The notes under the pieces are model-generated. The model was not told the origin of the DNA. It saw nothing but the letters and a program-made list of their open reading frames with translations, and did no database searches. The position numbers and the translations under genes are program-made. 64,000 nucleotides of DNA from Solirubrobacteraceae bacterium (GTDB lineage Bacteria; Actinomycetota; Thermoleophilia; Solirubrobacterales; Solirubrobacteraceae). Shown here piece after piece: positions 37,421 through 45,457 of the stretch. Each line of letters starts with the position of its first letter. Position 1 is the stretch's first letter. The DNA lies in assembly GCA_033856025.1 (NCBI GenBank), contig JAWVFQ010000030.1, forward strand, positions 4,239 to 68,238, written 5' to 3'.

Positions 37421-37870
37421 GTGCAAGCAACGACCGTCACCCCGCGCGAGCTGGCGCGGGAGATGCTGGGCCTCGTCGGCCACCTCATGCGCAGCTCGAC
37501 GCCCGACTTCCTGCGCGCGCTGAGCGAGCACGAGCTGACCTTCACCCAGGTCAAGATGCTCCACGAGCTCGACCAACCGGACGGCGACCTCGCGCAGTCC
37601 GAGCTCGGCGCGACGCTCTCCCTCTCGCTGCCGGCGGTGAGCCGAGCGGTGGACGGGCTGGAGGCGCGCGGCTACGTCGAGCGACGCGAGGACGAGCACG
37701 ACCGGCGGATGAAGCGCGTGCGCGTCACCCCCGCCGGGCGACGCGTGCTCGGCCGGCTGATGGACATCCGGATGAACATGCTCGAGCGCTTCGCCGAGAC
37801 GATGTCCGACGACGAGCGCCGCGACCTCGCCGCCGCCCTGGCCCCCGTCGTGGAGCGGGTCCGGCGATGA
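37421..37870 (+). CDS. MarR family transcriptional regulator
   Basis: 149 aa. wHTH pattern (..LTFTQVKMLHEL.., ..LSLPAVSRAVDGLEARGYVERRED..DRR). Confidence 0.88.
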   Translation: MQATTVTPRELAREMLGLVGHLMRSSTPDFLRALSEHELTFTQVKMLHELDQPDGDLAQSELGATLSLSLPAVSRAVDGLEARGYVERREDEHDRRMKRVRVTPAGRRVLGRLMDIRMNMLERFAETMSDDERRDLAAALAPVVERVRR

Positions 37871-39456
37871 CGGGCCGCCTGCGCCTGAACGAGGGCAATC
37901 GCCGCTGGTGGACGCTCGTGGCCATGTGCTTCGCGCTGTTCATGATCATGCTCGACAACACCGTCGTGAACGTCGCGCTGCCCTCGATCCAGCGCGACCT
38001 GCACGCGAACCTGGCCGCGCTGGAGTGGACGATCAACGCCTACACGCTGTCGTTCGCCGTCCTGCTGGTCACGGGCGGGCGGCTGGGCGACATCTTCGGC
38101 CGCCGGCGCATGTTCCTGGCCGGCGTCGTGGTCTTCGCGCTGTCCAGCGCGGCGATCGGCCTGTCGCCGACGGACACCGCGCTCGTGATCGGCCGCGCGG
38201 TCCAGGGCATCGGCGCCGCGCTGATGATGCCGGCCACGCTGTCGATCATCACCAACGCCTTCCCGGCCCACGAGCGCGGCAAGGCGATCGGGACGTGGGC
38301 CGGCGTCTCCGCGATGGCGCTGGCCATCGGTCCGGTGGTCGGCGGCTTCCTCACCGAGTCGGTGAGCTGGCGGGCGATCTTCTTCCTCAACCTCCCGGTG
38401 GCCGCCGGCGCCGTGGCGGTCACGCTGTTCGCCGCCCGGGAGTCGCGAGACGAGACGGTGGAGCGGCGCATCGACTTCCCAGGCGTGGCCACGTTGACCG
38501 CCGGGCTGGCCTCGCTGGTGCTCGCCCTGGTGGAGGGCAACCAGTGGGGCTGGGGCTCGCCGCGCATCCTCGGGCTGCTCGCCGTCGCCGTCGCCGGGCT
38601 CGTCGCCTTCGTCGCGGTGGAGAGCCACGTGCGCGTACCCATGGTCGACTTCACGTTCTTCCGCTCGCGCTCGTTCGTGGGCGCCAACCTCGTCGCGTTC
38701 GTCGTGTCCTTCGCGATGCTCGCCATGTTCTTCTTCATGGCGCTCTACATGCAGAACATCCTCGGCTACTCGCCGCTGCAGGCCGGGGTGCGCTTCCTGC
38801 CCTCGACCCTGATGGTCATGGCGGTGGGCCCGATCTCCGGGCGCATGGCCGACCGCATCGGGCCGCGCTGGCTGATGGTCGGCGGGCTGCTGATCGTCTC
38901 GGCCTCGCTGCTGTGGCAGTCGCGCCTGGAGGTGCACAGCACCTACCTCTTCCTGCTGCCCGGCTTCGTCGCCATGGGCATCGGAATCGCGCTCGTCATG
39001 TCGCCGATGAGCACCGCCGCCATGAACGCCGTCCACGTCTCCAAGGCGGGCGTCGCCTCGGGAGTGCTGTCGATGAGCCGCATGGTCGGTGGGACGTTCG
39101 GCGTGGCCGCGCTGGGCGCGCTGGTCGCCACGCTGGGCGGATCCAAGCTGCGCGACCTGCTGCCCGGCCTGCCCGACGCGCAGCGCCAGAAGCTCGCCGA
39201 CGCCCTGGGCGCCGGGGCGGGAACCGGCGCGACCGGGACCGTCGCCGACGCGATGCGCGAGGCCTACGTGTACGCGCTGCACTACGGGCTGCGGCTCGCG
39301 GGCGTCGTCGCCCTGCTGGGCGCCGTCCTGGCCGCCACCCTGATCGGCGACCGCGCCGAGCGCGTCCCCGAGCCGCCGCTGGGCGACGTGGCGGCGGCGG
39401 CCGCCGCCTCCCCCGCCGCCGAGCAGGCGCGCGCCGCCGAGCCGGTCCGGTCCTAG
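37867..39456 (+). CDS. MFS transporter, DHA2 (EmrB/QacA) type
   Basis: ATG at 37867 overlaps the MarR stop as ATGA. LDNTVVNVALPSIQRDL motif; about 14 TM segments. Confidence 0.88.
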   Translation: MTGRLRLNEGNRRWWTLVAMCFALFMIMLDNTVVNVALPSIQRDLHANLAALEWTINAYTLSFAVLLVTGGRLGDIFGRRRMFLAGVVVFALSSAAIGLSPTDTALVIGRAVQGIGAALMMPATLSIITNAFPAHERGKAIGTWAGVSAMALAIGPVVGGFLTESVSWRAIFFLNLPVAAGAVAVTLFAARESRDETVERRIDFPGVATLTAGLASLVLALVEGNQWGWGSPRILGLLAVAVAGLVAFVAVESHVRVPMVDFTFFRSRSFVGANLVAFVVSFAMLAMFFFMALYMQNILGYSPLQAGVRFLPSTLMVMAVGPISGRMADRIGPRWLMVGGLLIVSASLLWQSRLEVHSTYLFLLPGFVAMGIGIALVMSPMSTAAMNAVHVSKAGVASGVLSMSRMVGGTFGVAALGALVATLGGSKLRDLLPGLPDAQRQKLADALGAGAGTGATGTVADAMREAYVYALHYGLRLAGVVALLGAVLAATLIGDRAERVPEPPLGDVAAAAAASPAAEQARAAEPVRS

Positions 39457-39461
39457 TAGCT

Positions 39462-39482
39462 TTCGGTCTCCCCGAGACCGAA
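39462..39482 (+). terminator. stem-loop TTCGGTCTC-CCC-GAGACCGAA after the MFS gene (candidate intrinsic terminator, no U-tract)
   Basis: 9-bp perfect stem starting 6 nt after the TAG at 39454-39456. Confidence 0.45.
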
Positions 39483-39500
39483 GAGCGAGGTGCCAGACAC

Positions 39501-40751
39501 GTGGCGGTGGACGTTTCCCGAGTGGCAGAGGTGGACACGGAGCCCGGCGAGCTGCCGGAGACGATGGCGGCGTGGGTCATCCGCCGCGAGCGCGAGGGCG
39601 AGCCCCGCGACGCCTTCCAGGTCGAGGAGATCGAGGTGCCGCAGCCCGGCGCCTTCGAGGTGATCGTCCGCGTGATGGCGGCCGGCGTGAACTTCAACAA
39701 CGTGTGGGCCGCACGCGGGGTCCCGGTGTCCGTCTTCGACTCCCATCCCGACGAGGACCACCACATCGGCGGCTCGGACGGATCGGGCGTCGTGTGGAAG
39801 GTCGGGGCCGGCGTCACGCGGTGGAAGCCCGGCGACGAGGTGGTCATCCACTGCAACCAGGCCTCCTACGAGGACCCCGAGGTCCACGGCCTGGACCCGC
39901 TGGCCGCACCGTCCCAGAGGATCTGGGGCTACGAGACCAGCTGGGGCTCCTTCGCCCAGTTCACCAAGGTGCAGGCGCAGCAGCTCCTGCCCAAGCCCAA
40001 GAACCTGACCTGGGAGGAGTCGGCCTCCTACGGCCTGACCTACTTCACCGCCTACCGGATGCTGATCGACCAGTGCGAGCTGCAGGCGGGCCACCGCGTG
40101 CTGACCTGGGGCGCGGCCGGCGGCCTGGGCGTCTTCGCCACCCAGCTGTGCGCGATGACCGGCGCGCAGTCGGTCGGCGTCGTGAACTCCGATGAGAAGG
40201 GCGAGCTGGTCAAGCAGCTCGGCGCGGTCGATTTCATCAACCGCAACGAGTTCGCGGGGATGATGCGCAAGGGCGGCGAGTCGCCCGAGGAGGAGAAGGC
40301 CCGCTTCAAGGAGTCGCGGCGCTTCTCCAAGGTGGTCAAGGACATGCTGGGCGAGCCGCCCGACATCGTCTTCGAGCACGTCGGTATGGCCACCTTCCCC
40401 ACGTCCGTGCTCACGGTGCGGCCGTTCGGCAAGGTCGTCATCTGCGCCGGGACCACGGGCTACAACCTGGACTTCGACGTCCGCTACCTGTGGATGCGCC
40501 AGAAGCAGATCATCGGCTCGCACTTCGCCAACGCCTGGGAGTGCACCAAGGCCAACCAGCTGATCGAGCAGGGGCGCATCCGCCCCGTGCTGTGGCGCAC
40601 GATGGGCTTCGACGGCGTGGCCGAGGCGCACCAGCTCATGCGCGAGAACCAGCACCTGGGCAAGATCGCCATCCTGGTCGGCGCCGAGAAGGAGGGCCTG
40701 GGCAAGACCGAGGAGGGCCCGGGCGCCATCTACGCCGAGGTCGGAGTCTAG
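39501..40751 (+). CDS. ccr: crotonyl-CoA carboxylase/reductase
   Basis: MDR-fold protein with Ccr-type features (ELPETMAAW.., NFNNVWAA, IWGYETSWGSFAQF, GAAGGLG). Start is uncertain: GTG at 39501 or 39522, ATG at 39564. Confidence 0.8.
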   Translation: MAVDVSRVAEVDTEPGELPETMAAWVIRREREGEPRDAFQVEEIEVPQPGAFEVIVRVMAAGVNFNNVWAARGVPVSVFDSHPDEDHHIGGSDGSGVVWKVGAGVTRWKPGDEVVIHCNQASYEDPEVHGLDPLAAPSQRIWGYETSWGSFAQFTKVQAQQLLPKPKNLTWEESASYGLTYFTAYRMLIDQCELQAGHRVLTWGAAGGLGVFATQLCAMTGAQSVGVVNSDEKGELVKQLGAVDFINRNEFAGMMRKGGESPEEEKARFKESRRFSKVVKDMLGEPPDIVFEHVGMATFPTSVLTVRPFGKVVICAGTTGYNLDFDVRYLWMRQKQIIGSHFANAWECTKANQLIEQGRIRPVLWRTMGFDGVAEAHQLMRENQHLGKIAILVGAEKEGLGKTEEGPGAIYAEVGV

Positions 40752-40824
40752 AAGTGCTCCCCCCGACGACCCCGCACCGGGCCCGTCGGCCCCGGATGAC
40801 CGCCAGCCTGCGTCCTCGGGCCTC

Positions 40825-40843
40825 GCAATACCACCGGTATTGC
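40825..40843. promoter_or_regulatory. perfect inverted repeat GCAATACC-ACC-GGTATTGC (candidate operator)
   Basis: AT-richer palindrome in the ccr/40918 intergenic region, flanked by 10-bp direct repeats CCTGCGTCCT at 40807-40816 and 40850-40859. Confidence 0.45.
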
Positions 40844-40917
40844 TTCGACCCTGCGTCCTTGCCCGGCGGCCCCCGGGTCTCGACGATCCGGGCGCGTGAT
40901 CATCGGAGGAAGCACTG

Positions 40918-41247
40918 ATGGCCGCCGGCTCGGTCTTCATCCCCTGGTACGCCACGGGCTTCCGCGGCGACGGGCTGGAGGAGGCGCTGGCCGAGATCTC
41001 GTCGATCGCCATGCGCTACGGGGCGACCTACCACGGGGTCTACCGCTCGCGCGACGACCGTCACCGCTTCACGCAGATCGCCACGTTCGCCGGCAAGGAG
41101 GACTTCGAGCGCTACTGGTACGGCGAGGAGTTCGGGCGCTTCCGCGCGCAGCACGCCGGCTGGTACCAGGTGCCGGTCCTGTACGTGTGGCACGACGAGG
41201 TCGTGTCGGGCGCCCTCCAGCCGCAGCCGGCCGTCCCGAACGGGTGA
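40918..41247 (+). CDS. hypothetical protein (109 aa)
   Basis: ATG 7 nt after GGAGGA. High GC3. No recognised motif. Confidence 0.65.
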   Translation: MAAGSVFIPWYATGFRGDGLEEALAEISSIAMRYGATYHGVYRSRDDRHRFTQIATFAGKEDFERYWYGEEFGRFRAQHAGWYQVPVLYVWHDEVVSGALQPQPAVPNG

Positions 41248-41843
41248 CCGACCCCACGCCGGGGCTGCACCCGGCCCAGAACCGCGCGCTGCGCGAGCTC
41301 TACGCGGCGGCGCGCCAGCTGGCCGCGCACTGGGACGGCCTGGCGGGGCGCCTGGGCGCGGGCGAGGGAGTCGACGACCTGCGCGCGGGCGCGGGCGCGG
41401 CCGACGAGCTGCTGGTCGAGCTGGCCGACCTGACGGAGGGCTACGGCCTCTACGGCTTTCCCGCGGCGGCCGGCGTGGGCGCGCGCGTGGCCGGGCTGCG
41501 CAACACGCTGGCCGACCGCACGCTGGAGCGCAACCAGGCGCTGCGGATGGCCGTGCTCGACATCCAGCACGTGGCGACGCTGTGCGGCTACCTGGCCGCG
41601 CTGGGCGAGGCCCGCGGCGACGAGCCGATGGTCGAGTTCTGCGGGCGCTGGGAGCGCAAGCTCAAGCGCCTGGAGGGCCGGGTGCGCAAGGCGGCGATCG
41701 CCGCCGGGGCGGACCCGGATGCGGCCATCGAGGCCGTCGACCACGGCCCCCTGGGACGCGCGGGGCATCGCCTGGCCAACGCCGGCGGCACACTGGGCGA
41801 GTGGGTGGACCGCCGCTCGGCGCGGCGCCGGGGCGCGGGCTAA
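41244..41843 (+). CDS. hypothetical helical protein (199 aa)
   Basis: GTG at 41244 overlaps the upstream stop as GTGA. High GC3. Confidence 0.55.
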   Translation: MTDPTPGLHPAQNRALRELYAAARQLAAHWDGLAGRLGAGEGVDDLRAGAGAADELLVELADLTEGYGLYGFPAAAGVGARVAGLRNTLADRTLERNQALRMAVLDIQHVATLCGYLAALGEARGDEPMVEFCGRWERKLKRLEGRVRKAAIAAGADPDAAIEAVDHGPLGRAGHRLANAGGTLGEWVDRRSARRRGAG

Positions 41844-41900
41844 CCCTGGGGTGGACACCCTGGGGCGCGCGTCCTGCGCTCCGCATATGTTTCTCGACCG

Positions 41901-42725
41901 ATGCGACGCGTCACCTGCACCGCCCTGTCCGCCTGCGCGTTGGTCGCCGGGGGCTGTGGCGACTCGAAGGACGAGCCCGAGCAGCGGGCGAGCGGCGGCT
42001 TCGCGGCCGCCAGCTATCCCCGCGGCGCGGGCGACCCGGCGGCCACCGCGTCGCCGCGCGGGGGCATCGCGACGCTGCGCGCCCTGGGCCCGGTCAGGCG
42101 CCCGTCGCCCGGGACCGCCGTGCCCAAGCTGCGCGGCTCGGACATCCCGCTGACCGCCTTCCTGGGCACGGTCGCCAACGACGTCGCGGGGTTCTGGCAG
42201 AGCCAGTACAACCGCGCGGGCAAGCGCTTCCCGGCGACGCGGTTCCTCGTCGTGACCAAGCCGGTGCCCAGCGGATGCGCCGAGAAGCCGATCGAGCCGA
42301 CCAACCCCTTCGCGTTCTACTGCCCGACGGACCGGACCGTCTTCCTCCCGGTCACCTACATCGACCGCCGCTACCGGATCCTCGGGGACGCTCCGGTGGG
42401 GTTCGTGGTCGCGCACGAGTTCGCGCACCGCGTGCAGGACGTCACCGGGACGCTGCGGCGCAAGGCCGAGGGCAAGCTGTTCACCCGCCAGACCGAGCTC
42501 CAGGCCGACTGCCTGGCGGGCGTCTGGGCCGCCTCGGTCTACGCCCGCGGCGACCTCGATCCGGACGACCTGACCGAGTTCTTCAACGCGCTCGCCTCCA
42601 TCGGCGACCCGCCGGGGACGCCGGAGAACCATCCCCAGGCCCACGGCACCCCGGCCGAGCGCGAGGCCTCCTTCAAGCGCGGCTACGACGCCGCGAACGC
42701 CAACGCCTGTCCCGAAAGGACCTGA
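41901..42725 (+). CDS. lipoprotein, YpfJ-type neutral zinc metallopeptidase
   Basis: Signal/lipobox (ALVAGGC). HEFAH zinc motif, ELQADC and HGTPAER motifs. Confidence 0.75.
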   Translation: MRRVTCTALSACALVAGGCGDSKDEPEQRASGGFAAASYPRGAGDPAATASPRGGIATLRALGPVRRPSPGTAVPKLRGSDIPLTAFLGTVANDVAGFWQSQYNRAGKRFPATRFLVVTKPVPSGCAEKPIEPTNPFAFYCPTDRTVFLPVTYIDRRYRILGDAPVGFVVAHEFAHRVQDVTGTLRRKAEGKLFTRQTELQADCLAGVWAASVYARGDLDPDDLTEFFNALASIGDPPGTPENHPQAHGTPAEREASFKRGYDAANANACPERT

Positions 42726-43573
42726 TGAAGACGAGACACCCCCTCCTCGCATTGCTGGCCCTGCTGGCCGCCGGATTCCTGCTCGCCGCCTGCGGCGACG
42801 ACGGCAAGGACAAGTCGACCGCGTCGACGACGGCCACCACCCCCACCACGAGCACCCCCGCCGCGGCCATCCGCAGGCGCGTGCCGCGTGCCCCGGCCGA
42901 TCCGAAGGGACGTCGCCGGGCCCAGCTCAGCAGCGTGGGACAGCTCAAGCAGCCCAAGCTCGCGAGGCGCACCTCGGCCAAGGTCAAGGGGTCCAGCGCT
43001 CCCCTGCCCCAGTTCCTGGACACGATCTCCAACGACGTGGCGACGTACTGGCAGAAGGTCTTCAACAACAGCAAGCTGGAGTTCCCCAAGACCACCCAGG
43101 TCATCGTCACCGACTCCGCGAACGGCGGCTGCGGGACCATCACCAGCGCCGACGGGCCCCCGAACTACTGCCCGGCCGACCAGACGGTCTATCTCCCGGT
43201 CGGCTACTTCCAGGACAAGGTCATGCCGATCGGCGACGCCGCGGTCGTGACGCTGGTCGCCCTGGTCTGGGGCTATCGCGTGCAGGAGGCCGTGGGCGCC
43301 TTCAAGGCGGTCGAGTCCGGCCAGAAGACCGGGCTCGACCTCAACCTCGGCGCCATGTGCTTCGCCGGCTCCTACATGTCGACGGTGGCCGCGCGCAGCC
43401 TGCTCGAGTCCGGCGACGTTGACGAGATCCTCAAGACGGCCGCCGCCACCGCGGACCAGGGCACCCCGCCCGACGTGAACAAGTCCAAGGGGAGCCCGGC
43501 ACAGCGCGTCGCCGCCTTCCGAATCGGGTTCTCCCGGGGCGCCGCCACTTGCCAGAAGGTCAAGGCCGGTTAG
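42725..43573 (+). CDS. lipoprotein, YpfJ-like paralog lacking the HExxH motif (pseudo-peptidase)
   Basis: ATG at 42725 shares 1 nt with the upstream TGA. Lipobox LLAAC. Clear paralogy to the upstream gene, with HEFAH replaced by LVWGY. Confidence 0.7.
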   Translation: MKTRHPLLALLALLAAGFLLAACGDDGKDKSTASTTATTPTTSTPAAAIRRRVPRAPADPKGRRRAQLSSVGQLKQPKLARRTSAKVKGSSAPLPQFLDTISNDVATYWQKVFNNSKLEFPKTTQVIVTDSANGGCGTITSADGPPNYCPADQTVYLPVGYFQDKVMPIGDAAVVTLVALVWGYRVQEAVGAFKAVESGQKTGLDLNLGAMCFAGSYMSTVAARSLLESGDVDEILKTAAATADQGTPPDVNKSKGSPAQRVAAFRIGFSRGAATCQKVKAG

Positions 43574-43586
43574 GCTGGCATCCGAA

Positions 43587-44744
43587 GTGGCCGACGTAAC
43601 CTGTCCCAACTGCGGTCACCAGGTCCCCGAGGGGACCTGGTGCATTCGCTGTGGGCACCCCCTCGAGGGCGGCACCCGCGCCGGTGCCGGCGGCCAGTTC
43701 GCCGCCGCGCCCAACGAGCGCGCGTCGTCCCCGCGGATCGTGTCCACGCTGTTCCCGCAGCTGCCCAAGGCGGACATGGACGCGTTCCGCATCGCGCTGG
43801 GCGTGGGCGTGGCCGGGGTCGTGGCGCTGTCGGCGGCGCGGCTGTTCCCGGTGGCGGTGATCGCCGCGGCGCTGCTGGTGCCGCTGCTCACCGTCGTCTA
43901 CCTCTACGACGTCGACGTCTACGAGGACCAGCCGTTCCGGGTGGTGGCGTTCACCCTGGCCTGGGGCGCCATCGCCGGCGTGGGCATGGGGCTGCTGGCC
44001 GACTCGGTTTCGACGGCGGGGACGGACCTCGCCCTGAAGACGAGCGGCCAGGACGTGCTCCTGCGGGGCGTGGTGTTCCCGCTGGCCGCCGTGGCCCTGA
44101 CGCTCGCCGGGCCCCTGGTCCTGCTGCCCTACCGCAAGTTCAACGACGTCCTGGACGGGGTCACGTTCGGCGCCGCCTGCGCCGTGGCGTTCACGTCGGC
44201 CCAGGTCATCACCACCGCCGCCACGCTGGTCGAGGGCGGGCTGCGCCAGGACGGCCAGATAGTGCCCTGGATCGCCCGCACCCTCGCCATGGCGGCGGCC
44301 CAGCCCGTGCTGGCCATGGCCGCGGTGGGCGCCGCGGCGGGCGCGTGGTGGCTGCGCTACCGCGCCCCGGTCAAGGACCGCAAGGCGCTCGGGCCGCTGG
44401 GCCACCCGGTGGTGGCCACGCTGCTGGCCGCGGCGCTGGTCGTGGCCGGCGCGATCGGCCAGCCGCTGCTGCCGATCGGCTGGTGGCTGGCCGAGCTGGT
44501 CGTGCTCGACGTGGTCGCGCTGCTGTGGCTGCGCCGCACGATCCACCTGGGACTGCTCCAGGAGTCCGAGGAGATCGCGGTCGGGCCCGAGATCACGTGC
44601 CCCAACTGCAACCAGCAGACCCCCCGCCACTCCTTCTGTCGCAACTGCGGCATATCTCTGCTCGCGCTGCCCAAGCGCGCGGGTGACGCGGGCCCGGCCG
44701 CGCCCCCGGCCGGCGGCCCCGAGCCCGCCGGAGGCGCCGCGTGA
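43587..44744 (+). CDS. polytopic membrane protein flanked by N- and C-terminal zinc ribbons (PrsW-like core suspected)
   Basis: CPNCGHQVPEGTWCIRCG at the N-terminus and CPNCNQQTPRHSFCRNCG at the C-terminus. Multiple TM helices. DVYEDQPF resembles the PrsW D-x-YEPEP motif. Confidence 0.65.
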   Translation: MADVTCPNCGHQVPEGTWCIRCGHPLEGGTRAGAGGQFAAAPNERASSPRIVSTLFPQLPKADMDAFRIALGVGVAGVVALSAARLFPVAVIAAALLVPLLTVVYLYDVDVYEDQPFRVVAFTLAWGAIAGVGMGLLADSVSTAGTDLALKTSGQDVLLRGVVFPLAAVALTLAGPLVLLPYRKFNDVLDGVTFGAACAVAFTSAQVITTAATLVEGGLRQDGQIVPWIARTLAMAAAQPVLAMAAVGAAAGAWWLRYRAPVKDRKALGPLGHPVVATLLAAALVVAGAIGQPLLPIGWWLAELVVLDVVALLWLRRTIHLGLLQESEEIAVGPEITCPNCNQQTPRHSFCRNCGISLLALPKRAGDAGPAAPPAGGPEPAGGAA

Positions 44745-45457
44745 GCCCGGCGGTCCCGGCCCCCGCCCCGGGTCCCGCCCCGGCTCCGGTCCGCGCCGTG
44801 CCGTCGCGGATGGACCGGCGGCGGCTGATCCTCATCCTCGCCGGCGCGTTCGCCGTCGTCGTCGTCGTCGCCATCGTGCTCGCCGCCGTCCTGGCGCCCG
44901 CCGCGCCCAAGGCGCCGTGTCCGCGCGGCAAGCCGTGCGGCGCGCCGCCGCAGGCGCCGCCCCTGGTCAACCAGACGGTCTGGCGCTCGAGCCAGCTGGG
45001 CTACTCGCTCGAGTACAACGCCGAGCGCTGGAAGGTGGAGAACGAGAGCCCCACCGGGGTCAACTTCAGCTCGACGCAGGGCGACATGGGCCTGTCCGTC
45101 GACGGCGCGCCGGCCGGTCAGTCGACGCCGCGGGCGCTGTTCGACCAGCGCGTCGACGACATCCGCGGGCGGACCCTGGGCCTGGACGACGACACCGAGC
45201 GCGCGCACAAGGTCCTCTCCCCCGTCGTCGGCCTGCACCCGGGCGTCGGGGGAGCCTTCCGCGCCACCGTCGACTCGCCGCAGGGGACGACCGCTCCCCT
45301 CTCGATCGCGATGATGGCCGCCGGGAACCAGCAGGTCAGCGTCGTCGTGGTGGGCGCGACCAGCGAGACCGACGAGGGCAATCGCGACGCGCTCATGTCC
45401 CGCGCCGACTCGATCCTCAACACGCTGCGCATGCCCGGCGACCAGGTGCCGCGATGA
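44741..45457 (+). CDS. single-pass membrane protein with Pro/Ala-rich N-terminus
   Basis: GTGA overlap with the upstream gene. TM helix LILILAGAFAVVVVVAIVLAAVL. Ectodomain of about 170 aa with no recognised motif. Confidence 0.6.
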   Translation: MSPAVPAPAPGPAPAPVRAVPSRMDRRRLILILAGAFAVVVVVAIVLAAVLAPAAPKAPCPRGKPCGAPPQAPPLVNQTVWRSSQLGYSLEYNAERWKVENESPTGVNFSSTQGDMGLSVDGAPAGQSTPRALFDQRVDDIRGRTLGLDDDTERAHKVLSPVVGLHPGVGGAFRATVDSPQGTTAPLSIAMMAAGNQQVSVVVVGATSETDEGNRDALMSRADSILNTLRMPGDQVPR

